Below, piece after piece: positions 10,000 to 19,287 of a stretch of DNA of 64,000 bases. The stretch's first letter is position 1; every line of letters starts with the position of its first letter. The DNA is taken from assembly GCA_965648915.1 (NCBI GenBank), contig CBFGIV010000003.1, forward strand, positions 56,905 to 120,904. Direction: 5' to 3'. The DNA comes from a candidate division WOR-3 bacterium. GTDB taxonomy: Bacteria; Hydrothermota; Tepidihabitantia; SM23-42; CAYGYG01. The notes below the pieces were generated by a model that was not told where the DNA came from, made no database searches, and saw only the letters and a program-made list of their open reading frames with translations. The translations under genes and the position numbers were made by a program.

Positions 10000-10801
10000 T
10001 ATCTTTGAATAAATTTTGCCAATCTGGCTTTCTTTTTTCAAGAAAAGCCGCCATACCTTCCTGGGCTTCAGGCGAGGTCCTCAATTGAGCAATAACCTCT
10101 GCGGTAAACCTTCGGGCGTCTTCAAATGATATCTGTGAAACTCTACTTAGGAGTTCTTTACACTTTTTTATTGCCTCAGGCCCGCTCGATAATAACTGAT
10201 TAACCATCTCGTCGACCGCCTTATCGAGTTCTTGAGCCGGGACAATCTTATTGATCAGTCCTGCCGCCAGCGCCCTCTCGGCGGTAATTCTCTCACCAGT
10301 CAGAAAGAATTCGCGACATCTTCCTTCGCCACACTTTTTAATTACATAAGGGGAAATGCAGGCCGGAATCAATCCAAGTTTCACTTCACTAAAACTGAAT
10401 TTTGCGTCAACGGCAGCAATCGCTATATCACAGACTGCAACCAGACCGGTCCCACCCCCAATCGCCGCCCCCTGAACCCGGGCAATGGTTGGTTTAGGGG
10501 ATGAGTAGATGAGGTAGAGCATCTCAGCCAGTTCGAGCGACTCTTTAAGATTCTGTTCATAGGAATAATCTTTTATCTCTCTCATCCAGTTCAGATCGGC
10601 ACCGGCACAAAAGGATTTTCCTTCACCCTTCAGGATAACAACCTTTAAATCATCGATCCCTTTTATTTCATTGAAGACACCTGCCAATTCATTAATCATC
10701 CTGCGGTTGAAGGCATTGTGGACTTCGGGTCGGTTAAGGGTTACATAGCCAATTGCATCTTTAACAGAAAAGGTTATGGTCTTGAGGACTGACTCAGACA
10801 C
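9986..10801 (-). CDS. Enoyl-CoA hydratase, probably methylglutaconyl-CoA hydratase (LiuC-like)
   Basis: LNRPEVHNAF, FCAGADL, GGGTGLVAVCD, EVKLGLIPACISPYV; clustered with a biotin carboxylase. Confidence 0.9.
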   Translation of the reverse strand: MSESVLKTITFSVKDAIGYVTLNRPEVHNAFNRRMINELAGVFNEIKGIDDLKVVILKGEGKSFCAGADLNWMREIKDYSYEQNLKESLELAEMLYLIYSSPKPTIARVQGAAIGGGTGLVAVCDIAIAAVDAKFSFSEVKLGLIPACISPYVIKKCGEGRCREFFLTGERITAERALAAGLINKIVPAQELDKAVDEMVNQLLSSGPEAIKKCKELLSRVSQISFEDARRFTAEVIAQLRTSPEAQEGMAAFLEKRKPDWQNLFKDNGKR

Positions 10802-10806
10802 AGAAG

Positions 10807-10834
10807 ATTATAGCCAGAAATAGCCCTTTGTCAA
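10807..10834 (-). promoter_or_regulatory. Consensus sigma-70 promoter, probably leaderless
   Basis: Minus strand TTGACA-16 nt-TATAAT, 5 nt before GTG 10801. Confidence 0.75.
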
Positions 10835-10872
10835 GGAGGTGAGTATGTATGTAGCAATAATCAAAATTACTA

Positions 10873-10900
10873 TTGACAAATTTTTTATTCTGGTTAAAAT
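10873..10900 (+). promoter_or_regulatory. sigma-70 promoter of the C25 protease gene
   Basis: TTGACA-16 nt-TAAAAT. Confidence 0.7.
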
Positions 10901-10904
10901 CGTT

Positions 10905-11015
10905 TAATCTTGAAAACCGGCCTGGTTGAAAATCGAAAGTTTCAACCCTAGTGGAGATAAGAAAAGCGCATCGTTCAAGGGGCCGGTCAGAGATTATGCT
11001 CCGTGGAAACGGAGT
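10905..11015 (+). promoter_or_regulatory. Structured 5' leader (candidate cis-regulatory RNA)
   Basis: Nested pairings TAATCT/AGATTA, ACCGGCC/GGCCGGT, GGTTGAAA/TTTCAACC, plus a CTCCGT-GGAA-ACGGAG hairpin with a GNRA loop. Confidence 0.5.
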
Positions 11016-11040
11016 GATGAATAATGCTGTAGGAGGTTTT

Positions 11041-13464
11041 ATGAAGAGACTTGGCTGTCTCTTATCTATCCTCTTATTAACTGCCGTAATTACTTTTGCA
11101 GGTGAACTGATTCAGCAGATGACCTTCTCACCCAGTGACCTTGCTATCACTCAGGAAAAGGGTTATACCAGACTCAATTATGGTCTTTATCCTAACTATG
11201 ATGATGTGGTTGGTAATCCGGCGCTTCCTGAACTCCCGCTCTATGTTGTCATTCCACCCAGTGCAGTTGTTACCAGCTTCGAGGTCTTATCCGCCGATGT
11301 CCACACCCTTCAGGGTGACTATCTTGTCATCCCGGCCCAGAATACCCGACCCTTCTCAGTAATGGAAGAGCCGCCTTTTGTTGAGCCGAATAAAGAGGTT
11401 TACAATTCGAAGGCAGTCTGGCCTGAGAATATTGTCCAGTACCACTCTACCGGAAACAAAGGTGGTTTCCAGATCGGTGCATTCCGGGTATATCCAGTAA
11501 GATATATACCGGCAGAAAGGAAACTCCTCTTCTGCACAAACCTGAAGGTCAAGATAACCTATCAGGAAGGTGTGGTTGAGCCATTACGGAGAACCGAGCG
11601 CCAGATCGAGGTCCACAGTGCTGGCCTGACCGGTCTGGTAGCAAATCCTCAGGATATCAAACGTTTCAGCCCACCGCTCAGAACCGGATTGATCTCTTCG
11701 CCCTTCTTACCCGCAGGGAACTATGAACATATCATCCTGACCCCGACTGCTTACAAGGATACTTTCAAGGTTTTTGCCGACTGGCGGACCAAAAATGGAA
11801 TCCCTTCACGCGTCTTCTGTATTGAATCCACCGCAACCTATCCTGGTGCTGATGTTGCAGAAAAGATGAGAAACTTTTTGCGTGATGCTGATACGACCTG
11901 GGGTCTGATCTTTGCCTTCATCGCCCGGACTGATGCCCATCTTACGAGCGGCACAAACCGTCAATATCGGAACTGCTGGGCGTACTATTCTGGTTCCTAT
12001 CAAGATACACTGCCCTGTGATATGTACTTCTCCGACCTCTGGCGCGGCACAAACCGGGTTACCTATACCTGGGATGGAAATCGTAATGGCCGGTATGGTG
12101 AAGCAAATGATACAATCGACTACTACTCTGATATCTATGTCGGTATGGTCACACTCGATGATATGGGTCAGGCAAGAAACTGGATGAGAAAAGTCCTCCG
12201 CCATGAAGGTCCAACAACTGACAGTACTTATTTTGCCAAAGTACTGTTGATGAATGGTGTCACCTTCTCGGATAGTTTCTTGAACCGCATTGCCGAGGCA
12301 ACGCCTGCCAACTGGATCGACTGCAAGATGTATCTAAGTGGTGCTGGTGGTATTACGCCTACGACTCAACGAGTTATAGATTCGATAAATGCCGGTTACG
12401 GATACTTCTGTATCATCGCCCATGGAACCGTCACTTCTTTCTATGTCAACAACACAGAACAGTATACGGTTGCCAATGTGAGCCAGCAGAATAATCTGAA
12501 TAAATTAAACACGGTTATTGCAGTCAGCTGCCATCCTGGCGCCTTTGATCAGGGTGATGAGTGTCTGGCTGAGACCATGGCAGTCTATCCGGGTGGTGGC
12601 TATATCAACATTATGATGAACTCCCGTTATGGCTGGGTCGCAGTTGCTGAACTCTACAATACCTACTTCATGCACAATATCCTGCCCAAAGGGTCGCATC
12701 CGGATACGGTCCGTTATCCCTGCTTTGGCGATAAGTATGTCGGGCAGTCACTTGCCCGGGTAAAAGACCGTCTGGTCTATAAGTATCCTCGCCCCGGGAT
12801 TGGCACCGATTCAAGCCGCTGGCGCTGGGAGTCCTACGAAAAGAACCTCTTTGGTGACCCGGCCGGTTTCTGCCACACAACCAGACCGATCCGCTCGATG
12901 CGGGTAACACATCCAGCCACGATTCGCACCGGCTCACAGGTTGTCAGGGTGTCGGTCGATGTCAGTGCCTTTGCCCCGGTCGATTCGGTCCTGATCACAC
13001 TCTGGAAAGGAACCGAAGTCTATGCCCGTGGCTACACCAACACCTCGGGCTATGTCGATCTCACGGTCAATCCAACAACTGCTGGCCAGATGTCGGTGAC
13101 CGCTAACAAGCGTAATTATCGTACCTATGAAGGAACCATTCAGGTAACAACCGGTGTTGCCGAAGAGGATAACCCAGTTCTTCCCACCCACTTCGCCCTC
13201 GGTCAGAGCAAACCGAATCCATTTGGCAAGATTACAAGCATCAACTACCAGACGCCACATACGGTTAAGACCAGACTGACAATCTATGATGCAAGTGGAC
13301 GGACTGTTCGGACCCTGATCGACCGGAAAGATAATCCGGGCTGGTACACCGTCAACTGGGATGGCAGGGATGATCGTGGACTCGAATGTTCAGCCGGTAT
13401 CTACTTCTACCGCCTCGAGGCAGGAAACTATACTGCTACCCGAAGCCTGGTCATTGTCCGGTAA
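11041..13464 (+). CDS. Gingipain-like C25 cysteine peptidase with propeptide and FlgD-Ig / T9SS C-terminal domain
   Basis: C25 propeptide (VGNPALP), CDMYFSDL, WDGNRNGRYGE, catalytic His (IAHG) and Cys (VSCHPG), NLFGDP, C-terminal PNPF...WDGRD...SAGIYFYRL. True start is ATG 11041 after AGGAGG, followed by a signal peptide. Confidence 0.92.
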   Translation: MKRLGCLLSILLLTAVITFAGELIQQMTFSPSDLAITQEKGYTRLNYGLYPNYDDVVGNPALPELPLYVVIPPSAVVTSFEVLSADVHTLQGDYLVIPAQNTRPFSVMEEPPFVEPNKEVYNSKAVWPENIVQYHSTGNKGGFQIGAFRVYPVRYIPAERKLLFCTNLKVKITYQEGVVEPLRRTERQIEVHSAGLTGLVANPQDIKRFSPPLRTGLISSPFLPAGNYEHIILTPTAYKDTFKVFADWRTKNGIPSRVFCIESTATYPGADVAEKMRNFLRDADTTWGLIFAFIARTDAHLTSGTNRQYRNCWAYYSGSYQDTLPCDMYFSDLWRGTNRVTYTWDGNRNGRYGEANDTIDYYSDIYVGMVTLDDMGQARNWMRKVLRHEGPTTDSTYFAKVLLMNGVTFSDSFLNRIAEATPANWIDCKMYLSGAGGITPTTQRVIDSINAGYGYFCIIAHGTVTSFYVNNTEQYTVANVSQQNNLNKLNTVIAVSCHPGAFDQGDECLAETMAVYPGGGYINIMMNSRYGWVAVAELYNTYFMHNILPKGSHPDTVRYPCFGDKYVGQSLARVKDRLVYKYPRPGIGTDSSRWRWESYEKNLFGDPAGFCHTTRPIRSMRVTHPATIRTGSQVVRVSVDVSAFAPVDSVLITLWKGTEVYARGYTNTSGYVDLTVNPTTAGQMSVTANKRNYRTYEGTIQVTTGVAEEDNPVLPTHFALGQSKPNPFGKITSINYQTPHTVKTRLTIYDASGRTVRTLIDRKDNPGWYTVNWDGRDDRGLECSAGIYFYRLEAGNYTATRSLVIVR

Positions 13465-13481
13465 ACGGTAGAATGCATCTT

Positions 13482-13513
13482 GAAGGGCCGCCTCGGGCGG
13501 CCCTTCTTTTTTT
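13482..13513 (+). terminator. Rho-independent terminator
   Basis: GAAGGGCCGCC-TCG-GGCGGCCCTTC followed by T7. Confidence 0.92.
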
Positions 13514-13536
13514 CAAGTTAATACCGGGCATAATCC

Positions 13537-13564
13537 TTGACACTTACAAATCCCTGACTATAAT
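13537..13564 (+). promoter_or_regulatory. Consensus sigma-70 promoter, probably leaderless
   Basis: TTGACA-16 nt-TATAAT, 6 nt before ATG 13571. Confidence 0.8.
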
Positions 13565-13570
13565 CTTCTT

Positions 13571-14347
13571 ATGAGAGAACTGTCTCTTTCCCTGCTTTCT
13601 TTAAGTATAATATGGGCGCAGACCTCGCCCGATAACTTCTACAAAAGGCTTACCCCCGGACTCAGTGGGACACTGGCCTTAACCAATTTCTCAAAACCTT
13701 CAAATCTTGGTGGCCTGGGCCATCTTCAATTTCGTCTGGGCGGAACCGACCTTTTCTTTAAATATCCAACTTATGGTGAATGGGCATACATCCCTTCGAT
13801 TACCACCACAGTTGAAATGGGCATATTTAAGGGTAGAAGTCATAGCCAGATTGTCTCGGGAATTTTTGCATTGGACCTGGTCACCCGGTTGGGTCTTTAT
13901 CCCAAACAGCCGCGAACCTCAACATCCCGATTTTTCTACGGAGCCGGGGTAAAGATTGGATTATTAAAGAATACGCTGATTACTCCGGCAGTATCGATCC
14001 GCTTAGAATATATCCAAATTAATGACCTTTTCTTTGGGTATCAGGATCCCAATCTTGAGGCAACTTATGACAAACTGCGAATCTTTAATGGATCGCTTGG
14101 TATTGGTAAACAGATCTACGGACTCTACCCCTATATATCAATTGGTGGTCTGTATAATATGATTGAAGGTAGATATATCCAGCGAGCCCTCCCTGCACCA
14201 GAATTTGTAACTTACGAAGAGAAGTTCGGCTCTTTTGCCGGGTTTATTGGCTGTGAATGGAAGATCCTATTTTTAAAGTTGAACTCCGAGATTCTCTTTT
14301 CCGGGACAAAACCCGGTATCGCAATCGGTCTGGGCAATGGGTTATAA
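13571..14347 (+). CDS. Hypothetical exported protein, probable outer-membrane beta-barrel
   Basis: Signal peptide and alternating hydrophobic/Gly/aromatic beta-strand pattern; overlaps the porV-like gene. Confidence 0.6.
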   Translation: MRELSLSLLSLSIIWAQTSPDNFYKRLTPGLSGTLALTNFSKPSNLGGLGHLQFRLGGTDLFFKYPTYGEWAYIPSITTTVEMGIFKGRSHSQIVSGIFALDLVTRLGLYPKQPRTSTSRFFYGAGVKIGLLKNTLITPAVSIRLEYIQINDLFFGYQDPNLEATYDKLRIFNGSLGIGKQIYGLYPYISIGGLYNMIEGRYIQRALPAPEFVTYEEKFGSFAGFIGCEWKILFLKLNSEILFSGTKPGIAIGLGNGL

Positions 14348-15347
14348 AATTTTACTGAGTATCACCATATCTATCCTGATCTCTTCAGCCTGGCTTTACG
14401 AACCCGGGGCAACCGGTATGACCTTCTTAAAACTGGGAATTGGAGCAAGACCAGTGGCAATGGGCAATGCCTTCAATGCGGTCAGCGATGATGGCAATGC
14501 CATCTTCTGGAATCCAGCCGGTTTTGGTATATCGCGCGACTTCCATCTCACGGGTATGGGTATGAATATGTTAGGATTTGTAAATTATTTTTCCCTCGGT
14601 AGTCTTATACCAGTGGGCAGATTCGGCGGCATCGGTGTTGGTGCCTCCTACCTCTTTGCTCAGGATACCCGCTACAGTGAAATGGGTGAGGAGTTAGGAA
14701 GTTTCACTAATTCTGACCTGTTGATCGGTCTTGGTTACGCATATCCTTTTATCTCATCGCTCTCTGGCGGTGCATCAATGAAATTCATTCGCAGCCAACT
14801 TGCTGAGTATTCTGCTTATTCTTTTACAACCAATGTCGGTATCATCTTCAGTCCAATTAAATATATCTATCTCGGTTCAAGCATCCGCGATCTTGGCCCA
14901 CCCCGAAGATTTATCAGTGAATGGGAATATCCACCAACCAATCTCAGAAATGGCATAGCATTGAAGATACCTATTGAGGAGAGCCAGATTACCATCTCCT
15001 CAGATCTTTCGGTCTATCCCGATGTCTCACCAACCTTTTCGGCCGGGGGTGAGTTAGCATTAAGACTCAGCCAGATGATGAAGAAGATTTCCGGGCAACC
15101 GCTTTCCGGAATATTTATTCGTTGCGGTTATCAGTCTGGTTACCACCTTGGAAACTGGGGCGGACTCTCTTTCGGCCTGGGAATTGAATATCAGGTATAT
15201 ACCAATCTCTTTCTAATCCTTGATCTGGTCTATTTTTCATATGGTTACCTTGGCGAATCAGAACGGGTCTCGCTCTCTTTACGGTACGCGCCCAGCATAG
15301 CGCGTCGGTCGAAGAGCGGTAAGCGCCCCGGGCGTTCCAGACGATAA
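14337..15347 (+). CDS. PorV/PorQ-family outer-membrane protein (T9SS-associated)
   Basis: FLKLGIGARPVAMGNAF.AVSDD..AIFWNPAG is the family N-terminal signature. Confidence 0.85.
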   Translation: MGYKILLSITISILISSAWLYEPGATGMTFLKLGIGARPVAMGNAFNAVSDDGNAIFWNPAGFGISRDFHLTGMGMNMLGFVNYFSLGSLIPVGRFGGIGVGASYLFAQDTRYSEMGEELGSFTNSDLLIGLGYAYPFISSLSGGASMKFIRSQLAEYSAYSFTTNVGIIFSPIKYIYLGSSIRDLGPPRRFISEWEYPPTNLRNGIALKIPIEESQITISSDLSVYPDVSPTFSAGGELALRLSQMMKKISGQPLSGIFIRCGYQSGYHLGNWGGLSFGLGIEYQVYTNLFLILDLVYFSYGYLGESERVSLSLRYAPSIARRSKSGKRPGRSRR

Positions 15348-16290
15348 AACCTTCTGCCCCGGCCAGGAGCGCACCAAAGATCTGAGTAAATATGTAGTCC
15401 GAACCGAACTGTGGGGCAATATAATTGAAACCCTGAATATAAGGAACAACCTTCACTTCAGCATCAACCTGTTCGATGGCACGCAATGTGCTCTCATAAT
15501 AGATGAGAAATGAACGCCAGATATCGTCGATCTCTTTCTTAAAATGTTGAGAAAAATGTGATGGATAAAGCATCGGATAGAGGTAGTCAATATATTTAGC
15601 CATCTTTTCAATATTCTGCCCTTCTTGCTTTAACTGAGTCCAGATGGAATAGCCAAAGACACAGACTCCAACCTCACCGCCTTCACGCTTTACGACCTTC
15701 TGAACCCTCTCCAGAAAATTACTGATCGCTTCCTCTCTGCTACCCTTAATTTTTGAATATCGACAGGCCTTAAGATCTCCATCAGTTGGGAATCTCACAT
15801 AGTCCAGTTGAATACTCTTTATCCCTTTCTTTAATAACTCTTCAATAATTGAAATATTATAATCCCAGACCTCTTCAAGATAAGGATTGACCCAGAAGTT
15901 CCTCCCATCATCTCTCCATAGACAGCCAAGCCTGTGTCTTATCCCATAATTTTTATACCGGGCCAATTGATTGTCCTTAAATATGACCAGTCGGGCGATA
16001 AGTTTAACATTATGTTCTTCAGTCAATCTAATCAATGTATCAAGATTTATAAAATTACGAACCGCTTTTATCTTTCGGGCAATTTCGTTTTCTGATGGAA
16101 AGACAATGAGCCCCAGATCACTTTTTAAATCAACCACAATGGTATTTATGTACCCACTATCGGCCCAGGTCAGGACATTTTTAAGATAAGCCCGATCCAT
16201 TGCCCGGTTTGGATTTAAGTAAATGCCTCGGATCGGCGCCGGATCAGCGACCCAGAAAGTTGAGAGGACAATCAGAGCAGAGAGGTTCAT
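15115..16290 (-). CDS. Putative glycoside hydrolase (DUF4015-like TIM barrel)
   Basis: IRGIYL, NTIVVDLKSD.G, IARLVIFKD, IQLDYVRFP, PMLYPSH, PYIQ.F, WN; the C-terminal tail overlaps the porV-like gene antisense. Confidence 0.8.
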   Translation of the reverse strand: MNLSALIVLSTFWVADPAPIRGIYLNPNRAMDRAYLKNVLTWADSGYINTIVVDLKSDLGLIVFPSENEIARKIKAVRNFINLDTLIRLTEEHNVKLIARLVIFKDNQLARYKNYGIRHRLGCLWRDDGRNFWVNPYLEEVWDYNISIIEELLKKGIKSIQLDYVRFPTDGDLKACRYSKIKGSREEAISNFLERVQKVVKREGGEVGVCVFGYSIWTQLKQEGQNIEKMAKYIDYLYPMLYPSHFSQHFKKEIDDIWRSFLIYYESTLRAIEQVDAEVKVVPYIQGFNYIAPQFGSDYIFTQIFGALLAGAEGFIVWNARGAYRSSTDALCWARTVKRARPVLIRQGNHMKNRPDQGLERDWYIPDIQFPGRKRVRPSFQGGNQTDNRNE

Positions 16291-16906
16291 TTTTAAGACA
16301 GTAAGTCTTGCCCAGACGAACGATCAAGGCGTGGAATTCATTAAAGACCTTGACTTCCGATTTTAAACTTTTGATAAAAAAATCCTGAATCTCATCATAG
16401 CTTGCATCTTCTTTTATAATATTATGGCGTAAAAGAAATCTCCTGGTATAGGCATCAACCACAAAGACCGGCCGATTCAGAGCGTACAATAGAATCGAAT
16501 CAGCAGTCTCAGGTCCAATGCCATTTATTGCCAGCAATTCCCGGCGCAATCTTCCGGTCGGCAATCTCTCCATCCTTTTGATTTCACCCTGATAATTTTC
16601 ATCGAGATAACTCATACAATTTAACAGACGCCGCGCCTTGACATTATAATAGCCTGCGGGTCTGATAAGCCGGGCAATCTCTTTCCGTTTTTTTAAAATC
16701 ATTTTAACATCTAACAGCTTCGCCTTTTTTAAATTCTTAATCGCCTTTTCGACATTAGGCCAGGCGGTATTCTGGGTAAGAATAGCACCAATTATCACCT
16801 CTAAGGGGCTATCTCCCGGCCACCAGTGCTGGGGACCAAAATGTTTTAAGAGGGTTTGATAGATATCAGAGACCTTGATATTCCTGGAGTTTAAAAATCG
16901 AGTCAC
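16244..16906 (-). CDS. Endonuclease III-related HhH-GPD protein
   Basis: GPQHWWPG, GAILTQNT.W.NV, GIGPETADSI, VVDAYTRR, C-terminal Cys cluster. Confidence 0.9.
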   Translation of the reverse strand: MTRFLNSRNIKVSDIYQTLLKHFGPQHWWPGDSPLEVIIGAILTQNTAWPNVEKAIKNLKKAKLLDVKMILKKRKEIARLIRPAGYYNVKARRLLNCMSYLDENYQGEIKRMERLPTGRLRRELLAINGIGPETADSILLYALNRPVFVVDAYTRRFLLRHNIIKEDASYDEIQDFFIKSLKSEVKVFNEFHALIVRLGKTYCLKNEPLCSDCPLNFLGR

Positions 16907-17561
16907 CCGTAGAATAGAAGGTAATCAGCCCGACATCGGGCGCATAGTATTCAAAATATCTGGTACTATCAAAATATGTATAGAAACTCGAATTTATCCG
17001 GCAAACATTCAAAACTTCGACCTTATAGACATCATCAAAAATACCGGCGGGCACTTCAATCCTTCCTGACCTTTTGTCGCCGTCCATCGGTTCGGCCAAT
17101 CCGATCACCCTACCGTTGATCCGGTGGTCAATCCTGACCTTAACCCCACCAATATCTATTGAGTCATAAAAGAGGTCCTCCCAGGTGTTACCCGTAATCA
17201 GCGGTAATTCAATCCATTTTCGATAACGGGCCTCGATCTCATATTCAAATCCTCCATAAGGCACTTTTATATCAAAAAAACGGTATATGCCTTCTGGTTG
17301 TTTAGATCGATATTCAGCTATGCCATTGATAACAAATACCACCGCATCATAATCAAACCAGGTCGTCTCCGCTTCAACCTGAATATATATATCCCGACTT
17401 TGAGATTTATAGAGCCAGCCCGCACCGACTTTAACTGGATAATAGTCTGCACCGGACCTGCAGATAATGTGGTCATCACAACAGAAGAAGAGTAAAAAGA
17501 TCAAAGTCAGAAGAATCCGGTGTCTATTTTTTAAGAAATAAATACTACAGGACATAACCAA
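16866..17561 (-). CDS. Hypothetical lipoprotein
   Basis: Hydrophobic stretch ending FFCC; DYYP..VG..W.Y; VPAGIF..V; YYAPDVGLI. Start uncertain. Confidence 0.65.
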   Translation of the reverse strand: MVMSCSIYFLKNRHRILLTLIFLLFFCCDDHIICRSGADYYPVKVGAGWLYKSQSRDIYIQVEAETTWFDYDAVVFVINGIAEYRSKQPEGIYRFFDIKVPYGGFEYEIEARYRKWIELPLITGNTWEDLFYDSIDIGGVKVRIDHRINGRVIGLAEPMDGDKRSGRIEVPAGIFDDVYKVEVLNVCRINSSFYTYFDSTRYFEYYAPDVGLITFYSTGDSIFKLQEYQGL

Positions 17562-18012
17562 TCCTTAACGCAATAAAAGATATTATTGGAGCAGTGGTAA
17601 AATCCGACAATCCCCTGAAATTTATGCCTGGTGCTATTAAGACCTGTTCGAAATTTACTGGAAAACCGATATTAAAATCATAGACGAGACTGAACCCCTT
17701 TTCCTGACCAGTATTCAGTTCACGCCTGATCCTTCCGCCTCCAATTCGGGCCATAAACTGAATAAATTTTACCCTCCGGGAAAATCCGGCCAGGAATGAA
17801 TAATCCTCAAGAAGATATTCGCTATTTGTTGTATTAAAATTTTCAAGCCCGGCAGCAATCTCTAAGTTATATCCTCCCAATTTTCTGTTCAAAAATAGGT
17901 TTATTATCTGACTGGATGAAACCTGATTATATAGACCGGCCACCGGGATACCCGCACCAGTTTCAATCCCGATCGAAATTGAAAAGAGCGCAACAAGGAG
18001 ATAAATTTGCAT
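17545..18012 (-). CDS. Hypothetical small outer-membrane beta-barrel protein
   Basis: Signal peptide, amphipathic strands, C-terminal LRIGYVL. Confidence 0.6.
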   Translation of the reverse strand: MQIYLLVALFSISIGIETGAGIPVAGLYNQVSSSQIINLFLNRKLGGYNLEIAAGLENFNTTNSEYLLEDYSFLAGFSRRVKFIQFMARIGGGRIRRELNTGQEKGFSLVYDFNIGFPVNFEQVLIAPGINFRGLSDFTTAPIISFIALRIGYVL

Positions 18013-18076
18013 AAGAAGACATCTTACTCATTTTTTATAGTTTGTCAATCAATATTCTAACCGGGGGACGAATCTA

Positions 18077-18104
18077 TTGACACAAATCAGGTCCTGCATA
18101 GAAT
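18077..18104 (+). promoter_or_regulatory. sigma-70 promoter, probably leaderless
   Basis: TTGACA-16 nt-TAGAAT, 7 nt before GTG 18112. Confidence 0.7.
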
Positions 18105-18111
18105 TGTTAGC

Positions 18112-19272
18112 GTGAAAAAACTGATCGCCATTTCTACTGAGATTGGAAGGGGGCATCCGAATTATTTAGACGGTGTGGTAGAAATTCTTACCAGAAAAAT
18201 TGGCCTGCCGGTCAAGGTCTATAGTGTTTTTGAAATTGGCTCTGGTACATCAATCCGGTGCTGGCAGTTGATCAAAAAATTTTATGAACTGGGTAGTAGG
18301 GGAGGAATGCTCACCCGGATATACAATCTAATTCGTTCCCGTCCGGTCCAAAAAGGAAAATTGCTTGAAATCTTAGGCCAGGACCTCACTCGAACCTTTG
18401 GAAAATTCCGCGGTATATGCCTGGTCGAACATCCAATTGTTGCTGCCATCTTGCAGGAACTGAGCAGGGTCTATTATATTCATGGTGAAGTTGCCGCGCC
18501 AATTTCCAGCGCAATCCCCTGGCCAGCAAAAATATTCGTGCCGCTTGAATATACTAAAAATAGATTCCTCCAATTTGGCATTGAACCGAAACGGATTTCA
18601 GTTACCGGCCTGATGATTGAACCCGGACTTATCCGGAAAGCAAAAAAATCGATCTCAGAAAGGATTGAACGAATTAGATCGCAAACCGATTTAACAGTTG
18701 GTTTCTTTACCTCGGGCGCCTATCCCCCGGTCCACATCAAAATTATCATAGAAGCCATTAGATCTTTAAGTTCAGGTAATATCAAGAAGGTCCTCTTTAC
18801 CGGATACAATCCCGCAAAATTAAAGATGATTATCAGAAGATTGAAAGACCGGGGGTTAGAAGTCTTTTATCTCCTGCATAGAACCGGAAAGTTTCACCCC
18901 CATAAAATTAATATTGTCTATGCAATCGATCGGATCAATGATACGAAACGGACAATCGAATTATTGCCCCGGATCGATGTTGCAGTCTCAGCCCCTCATG
19001 AAAGGATAAACTGGTCCTTAGGTCTCGGACTGCCGATCTTTGCCCTGATGCCGGCGATCGGTCCGTTTGCAATGGAAAATTATCATTTTGCCCTGAAAGA
19101 GGATACTGTCTACCCGCTGGATATCAATAATGCTCACCGATTTGGAACGATTCTTGAGAATATGCGCCAGGATGGTTCTTTGGTCAGGATGGCCCAAAAT
19201 GGTTTTGGTAAGTATGCAATTGACGGCTGTCAAAAGGCAGGGGAAGAAATTCTTTCTGATCTCGAATCTTAA
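18112..19272 (+). CDS. Hypothetical protein, possible GT-B fold glycosyltransferase
   Basis: N-terminal IGRGH resembles the GxGH motif of MGDG-synthase/MurG-like enzymes; GIEPKRISVTG; C-terminal GLP...E..N. Confidence 0.55.
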   Translation: MKKLIAISTEIGRGHPNYLDGVVEILTRKIGLPVKVYSVFEIGSGTSIRCWQLIKKFYELGSRGGMLTRIYNLIRSRPVQKGKLLEILGQDLTRTFGKFRGICLVEHPIVAAILQELSRVYYIHGEVAAPISSAIPWPAKIFVPLEYTKNRFLQFGIEPKRISVTGLMIEPGLIRKAKKSISERIERIRSQTDLTVGFFTSGAYPPVHIKIIIEAIRSLSSGNIKKVLFTGYNPAKLKMIIRRLKDRGLEVFYLLHRTGKFHPHKINIVYAIDRINDTKRTIELLPRIDVAVSAPHERINWSLGLGLPIFALMPAIGPFAMENYHFALKEDTVYPLDINNAHRFGTILENMRQDGSLVRMAQNGFGKYAIDGCQKAGEEILSDLES

Positions 19273-19287
19273 ATTTTTTAATCAGGT

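Noticed and set aside
10951..11040. GTG-started N-terminal extension of the C25 protease in the ORF track
   Set aside because: ATG 11041 has a strong SD and begins the signal peptide; the upstream part is a structured leader.
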